Assembly (NCBI GenBank): GCA_046331705.1 | Contig: JAXLQJ010000056.1 | Span: forward strand, 1 to 47,553 | DNA length: 47,553 nucleotides | Source: a bacterium | GTDB taxonomy: Bacteria > JADJOY01 | Reading direction: 5' to 3' | Shown: in pieces, positions 33,532-41,988 of the stretch | Numbering within the stretch: the stretch's first letter is position 1 | Layout of the letters: every line of letters begins with the position of its first letter | The notes under the pieces: generated by a model | Database searches by the model: none | What the model was told of the DNA's origin: nothing | Seen by the model: only the letters and a program-made list of their open reading frames with translations | Translations under genes and position numbers: made by a program

Positions 33532-33556
33532 ACGGCGCCGGCTGCCGGCGCCGCGC

Positions 33557-35275
33557 TCACGCACCACGATCCCGGACGATCTGCTCGCGGACGCGCTCCG
33601 CGGCGGTGGCCAGCGGAACCTTCGCGACGGTGCCTGCGCGACGATCCTTGAGCTCGACCTCACCGCTCTCGAGTCCCTTGGCGCCAACCACCAGCACCAG
33701 CGGGAACCCCACCAGCTCCGCGTCGTTGAACTTGACCCCGGCACGCTCCGGACGGTCGTCGAAGATGGCGTCGATCCCCGCGGCGAGGAGCTGCGAGTAG
33801 AGCGCCCCCGCCGCTTCCAGCACCGCCGCGGTCGGATTCAGCGCCAACACGGCGACCTCGAACGGCGCCAGCGGCACCGGCCAGCGGATACCGCGTTCGT
33901 CGTGGTTCTGCTCGATCGCCGCGGCGGCCGTGCGTCCGACTCCGATGCCGTAGCAGCCCATGACCATGGGGCGAGGGCGTCCATCGGCATCGAGGAACGT
34001 GCAGCCCAACGCCTCGCTGTACTTCGTGCCGAGGCGGAACACGTGACCCACCTCGATGCCGCGGCGAAAGTCGAGCGCGCCGCCGCACACGGCACAGCGA
34101 TCGGACTCGGTGGCGCGTCGGATCGCCCCCCAGTGCCGGACCTCGAAGTCACGCTCCGGAGCGATGCCGACGCGGTGGAAGCCGTCGCGATTCGCGCCCA
34201 CGGCCAGGTGCGTGTGACCACGCAGCGCCTCGTCGACGACGACCGGGATCGAGAGTCCCACCGGACCGGCGAAGCCGACGGCGGCACCGGTCACCTCACG
34301 TACCACCTCCGGGCCCGCGAGCTCGACCACGCCAGCGCCGAGCAGCGTGCGCAGCGCCGGCTCGTTGAGCTCGTGATCGCCGCGGACGACGGCCGCGACG
34401 GGCTCGCCGTCGGCCACCACGATGAGCGTCTTCGCGAGATCCGCTGGCGTGATCGCGAGCGCCGCGCAGACCTCGTCGACCGTACGCGCGTCCGGTGTCG
34501 CCACCTCCGAGCGGGCCGCAGGCGCTTCGCCTGCGGCGGGCGGCACCGGCGGCAGCGGGGCGACCCGTGCCCGCTCGACGTTCGCGGCGTAATCGCAGCT
34601 CGTGCACGAGACGATCAGGTCCTCTCCCGAGTCCGCCAAGACGTGGAACTCGTGCGAGTCGCGCCCGCCGATCGCGCCGGTATCGGCCTCGACGGGTCGG
34701 AACGTGAGCCCGCAACGGCGGAAGATTCGCGTGTACGCATCGAACATCTTCTGGTACGCGAGCTTCGCCGCGTCGTCGTCGACGTCGAAGCTGTACGCAT
34801 CCTTCATGATGAACTCGCGTCCGCGCATCAGACCGAAGCGCGGCCGAACCTCGTCGCGAAACTTGGTCTGGATCTGGAACAGGTTGACCGGCAGCTCCTT
34901 GTAGGAGCGGATCTCGCGCCGCACGAGATCCGTGATGACCTCCTCGTGCGTCGGCCCGAAGCAGAACTCGCGATCGTGCCGATCCTTGAGGCGCAGGAGC
35001 TCCTTCCCGTAGATCTCCCAGCGCCCGCTTTCCTTCCACAGCTCGGCGGGTTGGATCGCGGGCAACAGCACCTCCTGGGCGCCGGCCCGCACCATCTCCT
35101 CGCGGATGATCGCCTCGACCTTGCGCAGCACGCGCAAGCCGAGCGGCAAGTAGTCGTAGATTCCCGCGGCGAGCTTGCGGATCATCCCGGCTCGGATCAT
35201 CAGCCGGTGGCTCACGACCTCGGCGTCCGATGGGTTCTCGCGAACCGTCGGAATCAGCAGCTGACTCCAGCGCAC
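33557..35275 (-). CDS. proS: proline--tRNA ligase (bacterial type with INS editing domain)
   Basis: GPTHEE, QIQTKFRDEVRPRFGLMRGREFIMKDAYSF, GIEVGHVF, MGCYGIG. Confidence 0.98.
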   Translation of the reverse strand: MRWSQLLIPTVRENPSDAEVVSHRLMIRAGMIRKLAAGIYDYLPLGLRVLRKVEAIIREEMVRAGAQEVLLPAIQPAELWKESGRWEIYGKELLRLKDRHDREFCFGPTHEEVITDLVRREIRSYKELPVNLFQIQTKFRDEVRPRFGLMRGREFIMKDAYSFDVDDDAAKLAYQKMFDAYTRIFRRCGLTFRPVEADTGAIGGRDSHEFHVLADSGEDLIVSCTSCDYAANVERARVAPLPPVPPAAGEAPAARSEVATPDARTVDEVCAALAITPADLAKTLIVVADGEPVAAVVRGDHELNEPALRTLLGAGVVELAGPEVVREVTGAAVGFAGPVGLSIPVVVDEALRGHTHLAVGANRDGFHRVGIAPERDFEVRHWGAIRRATESDRCAVCGGALDFRRGIEVGHVFRLGTKYSEALGCTFLDADGRPRPMVMGCYGIGVGRTAAAAIEQNHDERGIRWPVPLAPFEVAVLALNPTAAVLEAAGALYSQLLAAGIDAIFDDRPERAGVKFNDAELVGFPLVLVVGAKGLESGEVELKDRRAGTVAKVPLATAAERVREQIVRDRGA

Positions 35276-35397
35276 GTGGATCTCCAGGGAAAGGGAAAGA
35301 GTCGAGAAACCACGGTATAGCCGGTGCGGATCACCGCCAGGAAGCCGTGCGGGCGCCGCGCTTTCAGCGCCGGACGGCGTCGGCCAGACTCGGTTCC

Positions 35398-36834
35398 ATG
35401 CTCTCCGGCGCGCGCCCCGTGCTGCACGTGGAGGATCGCTCGTCGAGCGTTTCGCCGATCGAGGAGCTGCTGCGGAACCGATCGACGTTCGCGCACATCT
35501 GCTCGCCCGCGTCCTCCTCCGCGCTCGGGTCGGACTGGACGCTCACGTGCTCCGAGCTTCACCTCGCGATCGAGGGGAAGCGCGGAGTCACGAGCCTCGA
35601 CACCGGTAGCGAGCGGATCCTCCTCGACGCCGATCCGCTCCGGGTGGTCGAAGAGCTGCTCGACTCGATCCGCCCCGACGACCGTCTCGGGTTGCCGTTC
35701 GCCGGCGGCCTCGTCGGATTCCTCGGCTACGAGCTCTTCGACCCGCCTGACGCGCCTCGAGCCGCGCACGGCGACCTCTGGCTGGGGTTGCCGCGCAGGT
35801 ATCGCATCGACACCAGCGCCGGTCGGACGATCCACGTCGAGTTGCGCGGCCTGCCGCAGGCCTCCGCCCTCGCCGCGCGGCTCGCTGCCGAGCACCCGTC
35901 GCAGCGGTACCCGAGCGCGCCGCGAATCCGCCACGGCGACCGCGATCGCCTGGTCGGCGCACCCGTCGGCCTCCTCGACCTGCGCTCCGCCACCGGCCGC
36001 GAGGGCTACCTGCGCATGGTCGAGCGCTGCCGCGGCTACATCGCTGCAGGGGACATCTACCAGGCCAACCTCGCCCACCGGCTCTGGACCTTCGCATCAC
36101 CGGACGAGCGTCTGCTGTTCGCGCGGATGCTCGAGCGGCACCGAACCCCGCACGCCGCCTTCATCGACGCGCAGCCGCTGCGCATCCTCGGCAACTCACC
36201 CGAGCTCTTCCTTCGCCGCCGCGGTGCCCACGCGACGATCCGGCCGATCAAGGGCACCCGCCGCCGCAGCAGCGAGCCCGCCGAGGACGCCCGGCTGATC
36301 GCGGAGCTCGAGTCGAGCGACAAGGAGAACGCCGAGCACGTGATGATCGTGGATCTCGAACGCAACGACCTCGGCCGGGTCGCCGAGATCGGGACGGTGC
36401 GGGTGCCGAGCTTCGCCAGCGTCGAGAGCTTCGGCTCGGTCCACCACCTCGTGTCGACGGTCGAGTGCGACCTCGAGCCCGGCGTGGGCTTCGCCGAGCT
36501 GATCCGCGCGACGTTTCCGTGCGGATCCATCACCGGCGCGCCGAAGATCCGCGCCCGCCAGATCATCCGCGAGCTGGAGGGCGGGCCGCGGGGCGTCTAC
36601 ACGGGCGCGACCGGCTGGATCGATTCGTCCGGCGACCTGGAGCTGGCCGTCGCCATACGCACGGCCGTCGTGGAGGAACGCCTGGTGGACGAACGCGGAG
36701 CGCGATGCTGCTTGCTCGAGTACCACAGCGGCGCGGGGATCGTGGCCGACTCCGATCCCGAGGCCGAGTGGCAAGAGACGTTGCTCAAGGCGCGGGTGCT
36801 GCAGCACGCGCTCGATCCCGCGGCGAGGGCGTGA
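35398..36834 (+). CDS. pabB: aminodeoxychorismate synthase component I (PabB-like chorismate-binding enzyme)
   Basis: PFAGGLVGFLGYE, GDIYQANL, SPELF, PIKGT (PabB-type rather than TrpE PIAGT), AEHVMIVDLERNDL, SITGAPK; start at ATG 35398 inferred. Confidence 0.85.
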   Translation: MLSGARPVLHVEDRSSSVSPIEELLRNRSTFAHICSPASSSALGSDWTLTCSELHLAIEGKRGVTSLDTGSERILLDADPLRVVEELLDSIRPDDRLGLPFAGGLVGFLGYELFDPPDAPRAAHGDLWLGLPRRYRIDTSAGRTIHVELRGLPQASALAARLAAEHPSQRYPSAPRIRHGDRDRLVGAPVGLLDLRSATGREGYLRMVERCRGYIAAGDIYQANLAHRLWTFASPDERLLFARMLERHRTPHAAFIDAQPLRILGNSPELFLRRRGAHATIRPIKGTRRRSSEPAEDARLIAELESSDKENAEHVMIVDLERNDLGRVAEIGTVRVPSFASVESFGSVHHLVSTVECDLEPGVGFAELIRATFPCGSITGAPKIRARQIIRELEGGPRGVYTGATGWIDSSGDLELAVAIRTAVVEERLVDERGARCCLLEYHSGAGIVADSDPEAEWQETLLKARVLQHALDPAARA

Positions 36835-36841
36835 GTCGTCC

Positions 36842-37783
36842 GTGACGGATCGCTTCGTGTGGTGGAACGGCCGCGTGATGCGGCCGGAGGAGGCGCGGCT
36901 CGATCCGCGCGATCGGGCCGTGCTCTACGGCGTCGGCCTGTTCGAGACGCTGCGCGCATACCACGGCGTCCCCTTCGCGCTGGACGCCCACCTGCGACGC
37001 CTGCGGCACGGCGCGGCGCGGCTCCGGCTGGCTCTCGACTTGCCGACCCCGCGCGTGCGCACGGCCATCCGCGATCTCGTCGAGGCCTGCGATCTCGCTC
37101 GCGGCGACGCCTTCGTCCGCATCACGGTGACCGGCGGACTCGATGGCGGCGGGATCGACTGCCCATCGGCGGGGCCGCCGTCGGTGCTCATTCACGCGCG
37201 CCCCGTGGTGCGCAGGCGATCGCCGGCCGTGCTGCGCGCGTGTCGAGCGAGCCCGCAAGCGCACCGCGCCATCCCCGCGATCAAATCCATCGGCTACCTG
37301 CCCTCCGCGCTGGCGCGCCGGGACGCGAGCCAACGCGGTTGCGACGAGGCGCTGGTGCTCTCGGAACGCGACGAGCTGCTCGAGGGCGCCAACTCCACCA
37401 TCCTGGTTCGCTCCGGCACGCGCTTGATCACACCGCCGCTCGACGGTCGCATCCTGCCCGGGATCACCCGGCGAATCGTGCTGGATCTCGCGCGGGCCGA
37501 GGGCTGGCCGGTCGAGGAGCGGTGCATCCCCTGGCTCGAGCTGGTGGCCGCGCGCGAGGTGATGTCGGTGGCGTCGGTCCGCGAGATCGCCGCCATCGTC
37601 TCGATCGAGGGGCGAACGCTGGGCGCCGGGGTTCCCGGCGAGTGGACCCGCCGGCTCTTCCGTCGCTATCGCGAGCGGGCGCTCGGGAGAAACGAGGGGA
37701 GCGCGGCGAGCGCGCTCAGCGAGAACCGAGCGACCCGGCGCGGCCGAGGCAGGTCCGCACCTCGCTCGCGAAGGGCGGGTTGA
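36842..37783 (+). CDS. pabC: aminotransferase class IV, probable 4-amino-4-deoxychorismate lyase
   Basis: YGVGLFETLR, HLRRL, PLP lysine in AIKS, EGANS, ILPGITR; directly downstream of pabB. Confidence 0.75.
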   Translation: MTDRFVWWNGRVMRPEEARLDPRDRAVLYGVGLFETLRAYHGVPFALDAHLRRLRHGAARLRLALDLPTPRVRTAIRDLVEACDLARGDAFVRITVTGGLDGGGIDCPSAGPPSVLIHARPVVRRRSPAVLRACRASPQAHRAIPAIKSIGYLPSALARRDASQRGCDEALVLSERDELLEGANSTILVRSGTRLITPPLDGRILPGITRRIVLDLARAEGWPVEERCIPWLELVAAREVMSVASVREIAAIVSIEGRTLGAGVPGEWTRRLFRRYRERALGRNEGSAASALSENRATRRGRGRSAPRSRRAG

Positions 37784-38549
37784 CCCGCAGCAGCTGGCGA
37801 ATCTGGACGCGAAGCTGCGCCTGCAGATCGACGTCGGCGGGGCGCTTGGCGAGATCGCGTGCCGCCTCGCGCGCGCGCGGCGCGGCGTCGAGGCGATGCT
37901 TGAGCACCGTCGCCAGCCTGAGCAGGTCGGCGGGCAACGACGCGGCGAGCTTTTCCACGGACCCGTTGGCGATCAGCGGCAGCCACGGCAGCACCTGCTC
38001 CATGAGCCGCGAGGCGAGATCGGTCACCTCGCCGGTGCCCATCGGCTCCTCGAAACGCGCGCTCGACGACGCGGCCAGCTCGTCGTCGAGCGGCTCCTCC
38101 GCCTCTTCCTCCAGCGGATAGAGACGCTCGAGCGTTTCCGCCACCGCAGGATCGCTGGCGAGACGCGGTTCGATTCGCAGCCCGGTGGCGGCGCGCAGAT
38201 CGTCCAGCGCGTAGAGGTTGTCGGGATCGGTCATCGCCACCACGACGCTGCGGTCCTCCCCGAGCGCGAACGGGATGGCGTTGGTCTGCCGCGCCGTGGC
38301 GGCGGTGATCAGCGAGGCGGCGGCGGGATCGATCCACTGCTCGCGCAGCAACACGGGCTCGACGTTGATCCGCCGCGCGAGGAACGCCAACAACACGCGC
38401 TCCTCGATGTAGTTGAGCTTGAGCAGCACCGTCCCGAGACGCGTCCCTTCCTCTTCCTGCCAGCGGAACGCTCGCGCGAGCCGCGACGGGTCGATCAGCC
38501 CCGCGTTGAGCAGCTCCTGGCCGAGTCGCTTGGCGGGCCTCAGGGTCAC
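37716..38549 (-). CDS. stand-alone MshEN (GspE/PilB N-terminal) domain protein, putative c-di-GMP receptor
   Basis: Tandem RLGxxLLxxGLIxxxxLxxxFxxQ / RLGxxLLxx motifs, then AIPF..VVAMTDP; no Walker A ATPase domain. Confidence 0.8.
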   Translation of the reverse strand: MTLRPAKRLGQELLNAGLIDPSRLARAFRWQEEEGTRLGTVLLKLNYIEERVLLAFLARRINVEPVLLREQWIDPAAASLITAATARQTNAIPFALGEDRSVVVAMTDPDNLYALDDLRAATGLRIEPRLASDPAVAETLERLYPLEEEAEEPLDDELAASSSARFEEPMGTGEVTDLASRLMEQVLPWLPLIANGSVEKLAASLPADLLRLATVLKHRLDAAPRAREAARDLAKRPADVDLQAQLRVQIRQLLRVNPPFASEVRTCLGRAGSLGSR

Positions 38550-38588
38550 GACGACGAACGACCTCCCCGCTGCGCGGGCTCGCGTGCC

Positions 38589-39218
38589 TCAATCACAGCG
38601 TACGAACGAGGCCTCGAAAGCGGTGCGCGCGAAACCCACCTTGTTCTTGATCGCGGTCCGTTCCACGGTCTTCATCTCGAGGGAGAACCGACCGGCCGCG
38701 CGCGGCTCGAGCGTGGAAGGGATCGGGGTCACGGTTCGCCGCTCGAGCACGCGATCGGATTCGTCGTAGTCGACGAAATCCACGGTCACGCCGCGCGCCG
38801 TGCCGCTGCCGCCATTCACCACTTCGCCCTGGTAGATGGTCTTGGTCCCCTCGACCAAGCTCTTGCGATTGCGGAAGATCAAGCGGCACGAGCCCTCGGG
38901 CTTGGCGCGCTCGTCGCGGCCGCGCTCCCGGGCGGACTCGCGCGCCGCTCCGTCGTCCGGCGCCGTGCTCGGCGCTGGGCTCGACGGCGCAGGCGGCGTA
39001 CCCGGGACGATCTCCTCGGCCTGAGAGCGGCGCGCGGCCGGCACCTTCGACGGTGTGTCGACGAAGTGCACCTTCCCGTCCTCGTCCACGTAGCGGTAGA
39101 GCGCCTGCGCGGCGGCTCGCTCGGGAACGATGGACGAGCCGAACGCGACGACCGCGGCGATGACCACGCGCAGCACGAACGCGGTCGGACGTCGCGCGGG
39201 GTTCGCCGATCCCACCAC
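38589..39218 (-). CDS. secreted DUF4124-like plus FxLYD-like domain protein
   Basis: Signal peptide ending AAAQA, LYRYVDEDGKVHFVDTP (DUF4124 pattern), P/A-rich linker, GEVVNxG..VxVDFVDYDESDRVL (FxLYD-like Ig fold). Confidence 0.7.
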   Translation of the reverse strand: MVGSANPARRPTAFVLRVVIAAVVAFGSSIVPERAAAQALYRYVDEDGKVHFVDTPSKVPAARRSQAEEIVPGTPPAPSSPAPSTAPDDGAARESARERGRDERAKPEGSCRLIFRNRKSLVEGTKTIYQGEVVNGGSGTARGVTVDFVDYDESDRVLERRTVTPIPSTLEPRAAGRFSLEMKTVERTAIKNKVGFARTAFEASFVRCD

Positions 39219-39233
39219 CGCGCTCTTTCGACC

Positions 39234-40778
39234 TCAGAGGTGGAACACGAAGGTGACGCCGTACGTCACGATGTCGCCGTCGGAACGCACCGAGAAATCG
39301 TCGTTGGGAAAGAACGCCGGGTCCGCGAGGCCGTTCGGGTCCGGCAGCACCAGCTCGCCGGCACCGCCCAGGTTCGAGCTCTCGCCGACCTGCACGTTGC
39401 GCTCTTGGATGGTCACCCACTGCAGGTGCGCCGCCACGTCGAGCAAGCCGTCGAAGAGACCGTAGTAGCCGATGGCGCCGGAGCCCACGTAGCGATCGCC
39501 CGGGTCCGACGTGAAGTCGAAAGCCGAGTCGGGCGTGGGAGTCGGATCCCACCAGAAGCCGACGTCCACCCGCAGCGGCTCGACGGGTCGGTACTCGATC
39601 CCGGTACGGATGCTGTGGATGCTCTGCCAGCCCTTGCGACGGATCACGAGCCGCTTGTAGCCGGAGGAGATGAGCGTCTCCGAGAGGCCGTCGCCGCCGA
39701 TCCGGACCACGTCGTTGTTTCGACCGCCCGACCAGTCCACCCAAACCCAGTCCGCGGCGACCATCCACTGATCGGTGATGCGATAGCTCGCACCCACCCC
39801 CGCCTCCTGGGGCAGCTTCATCTTCTCGCGATAACGCTCGGTGTCGCCGCGGAACTGGAGCGCCTGGAAGATCGGGTTCTTCTCGACGCCGGGTTCGAAG
39901 ACGCTCTGGATCCGCCCCTCGAGGTCGGGAGTCATGGAGCTGCGATAGGTCACGCCGATGCGCAACTGCTCGTCGGGGAAGAACATCAGGCCGACGCGGA
40001 AGCCGGGCGTCTGGAAGTCGAGGTTGACGTCGTTGACGGGCGAGAGCCCGGTCGGAAATTCCTGGTCGGGCGTGATGAGCGTATAGCCATCGTCCACGCC
40101 GTTCTTGGTCGAGGCGATCCCGCACAACGCGTTGTCCGGCACGCCGAACAAGAGGCGGCACGAGGCACGGCCGACCGCGCCGTCACCGATGATGGTCTTG
40201 AACCAGATGTCGTTGGCGATCTGCAGGTCGAAGCCCAGACCGATCGACAGCCACTCGGTGGCGCGAATCGCCACCGACGGCGACCAGTTGATGAAGATGA
40301 GGCCCAGCTCCGCGGCGGAGTAGCGCGCATCGCCGAACGTGCTCGGAAACTGCGCCGCACCGGCGAACGGGACCTGGATCGGCAGCGGCACGACGTAGAG
40401 CCGATCGCCGATCTCGAAGCCGAACGGCGTGAACGGAGTCGGCGTCCACTCGGGAAAATCCGAGTCCATGTGGATGGTCTGGCCGGGCACGAGCTTCGAG
40501 TCGGCGTTGAAGATCGGCTCCTGATAGCGCAGCCGGATCGACGAAACGTTGACGCTGAACATCGAGTCCGAGCCGCGCTGACCGATGAGCTGCGTCAACC
40601 CCGCCGGGTTGTAGTAGTTCGCCGAGAGGTCGTCGGCGACGCCGATGAACGCGTTGCCGAGCCCGGTCGCGCGCGAGCCCATCCCCAGCGTCTCGATCCA
40701 GGAAGCGCGTGCGACGTCGGCCGCGGCGATGCAACCGAGGCTGGCTGCGACTGCGAGCGCCGCGATGCGGCGGCCCAT
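39234..40778 (-). CDS. FadL/OmpP1/TodX-family outer-membrane hydrophobic-compound channel
   Basis: Signal peptide, GSRATGLGNAFIGVADDLSANYYNPAGL (FadL hatch NPA motif), IGVTYRS, KLPQ, amphipathic C-terminal strand. Confidence 0.85.
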   Translation of the reverse strand: MGRRIAALAVAASLGCIAAADVARASWIETLGMGSRATGLGNAFIGVADDLSANYYNPAGLTQLIGQRGSDSMFSVNVSSIRLRYQEPIFNADSKLVPGQTIHMDSDFPEWTPTPFTPFGFEIGDRLYVVPLPIQVPFAGAAQFPSTFGDARYSAAELGLIFINWSPSVAIRATEWLSIGLGFDLQIANDIWFKTIIGDGAVGRASCRLLFGVPDNALCGIASTKNGVDDGYTLITPDQEFPTGLSPVNDVNLDFQTPGFRVGLMFFPDEQLRIGVTYRSSMTPDLEGRIQSVFEPGVEKNPIFQALQFRGDTERYREKMKLPQEAGVGASYRITDQWMVAADWVWVDWSGGRNNDVVRIGGDGLSETLISSGYKRLVIRRKGWQSIHSIRTGIEYRPVEPLRVDVGFWWDPTPTPDSAFDFTSDPGDRYVGSGAIGYYGLFDGLLDVAAHLQWVTIQERNVQVGESSNLGGAGELVLPDPNGLADPAFFPNDDFSVRSDGDIVTYGVTFVFHL

Positions 40779-41033
40779 CCGAGGCTCGTTCCGTTTCAAT
40801 GCGCCCTCCAGCGAGAAGTTGACCTCTCCTACATCCCTTCACCCGCCAAAGTCAAACCACCTCCCGCCTGTCGACACGCCCGGAACCCATGTCGGAACGA
40901 GGGTTTGCGCGCAGCGACTCGAGTGACGCCGCTTGGCCCTCGGGGGTCGCATCCGGTAAACGTGGGGGCCCCGCCAAGCGCTCGAGCAACGCCCCGCCCG
41001 GGGGCGACGAGCGCCGCGCGGGAGCGGCCGCGC

Positions 41034-41879
41034 ATGCGATCGGACGTCCGAACCAGCCGCCGACTCTCGCCCTGGCGTTCGCCCTGGCTGCTCGTCCTCG
41101 CGCTCGCGGCGGCCGCGTCCGCGTGCGACCGGGGAGACTCGCGCAAGCCCGCCGGGGGCTCCGAGCGGCGCTCGATCGAAGACGTGCTGAGCGACGCCCG
41201 CGCGCGCGCCCCACGTCCCGCGGACAACCTCGAGACGCGCGTGCGTGCGGTGATCGCCAACCTGAGGCTGGCGCGCCGCCAGATGGTGCAGACCACCGAA
41301 GGCGAGGCCGAGCGATTGCCGCGGGAGGTGATCGAGCTGAGCCGGCTGGGTCGCGCCGTGATCCCGCTGCTGGACCCGATCCTCACCGATCCGGTGCCGG
41401 ACACGCGCTATTACGCGTTGCAGATCCTCGCCGACGTCGGCGATCAGCGCGAGCTGGATCGCTTTCTTCGCGCGCTCGGCGACGACGACGCCGGCGTCGT
41501 GCGGGTCGCGTCCGAGGCCCTGGGCCGCCATCGCAACGCCGAGACCCTGCCGCTCATCTTCCAGGCGCTCGAGGAAGGCCGTGTCCGCCAGGTGCGCTGG
41601 GGGAGCGTGCTCAAGCCGCCCAAGCCCTTCGATCGCGACCAGGTTCCCTATCTGGTTCGTCGCTTGACGGACGAGCGTCCCGAGATCCGGATCTCGGCGG
41701 CGATCGCCCTCAACCGGATCACGGGACAGGATTTCGGGTTCGATCCGTTCGCGACCGAAGCCGAGCGGCGCCGCGCGGTGATGCGGTGGGAAAGCTGGTG
41801 GTCGAGCGGGGGGCGGGCGGAGACGACGCCGCCGGCGCCCGCAGCCGAGGGGCCTCGCGGCGGTCAACCGCGCGCTTGA
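41034..41879 (+). CDS. HEAT-repeat lipoprotein
   Basis: Lipobox LALAAAASA-C; repeats LxDxxxxxRxxAxxxL (LTDPVPDTRYYALQIL, LGDDDAGVVRVASEAL, LTDERPEIRISAAIAL); C-terminal part of the 37896..41879 ORF. Confidence 0.75.
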   Translation: MRSDVRTSRRLSPWRSPWLLVLALAAAASACDRGDSRKPAGGSERRSIEDVLSDARARAPRPADNLETRVRAVIANLRLARRQMVQTTEGEAERLPREVIELSRLGRAVIPLLDPILTDPVPDTRYYALQILADVGDQRELDRFLRALGDDDAGVVRVASEALGRHRNAETLPLIFQALEEGRVRQVRWGSVLKPPKPFDRDQVPYLVRRLTDERPEIRISAAIALNRITGQDFGFDPFATEAERRRAVMRWESWWSSGGRAETTPPAPAAEGPRGGQPRA

Positions 41880-41905
41880 CACTCGTTTCCGGCGAGTTGG
41901 ACAAT
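41876..41905 (+). promoter_or_regulatory. putative sigma70 promoter for the radical SAM-UbiA-PDT operon
   Basis: TTGACA-18 nt-GACAAT ending ~80 nt upstream of the start at 41989. Confidence 0.5.
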
Positions 41906-41988
41906 CGCCGCACCCGCTCTCGCGACACCGCTCGGACCCTCGATCGAGCACGGATCTCGCCCCCGTTGGGTCCCGAACGGTAGCCGAC

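Noticed and set aside
37896-41033. N-terminal ~1046 aa of the 1327-aa ORF as one giant protein
   Set aside because: Antisense to the MshEN, DUF4124 and FadL genes; only 41034..41879 looks like a real gene.
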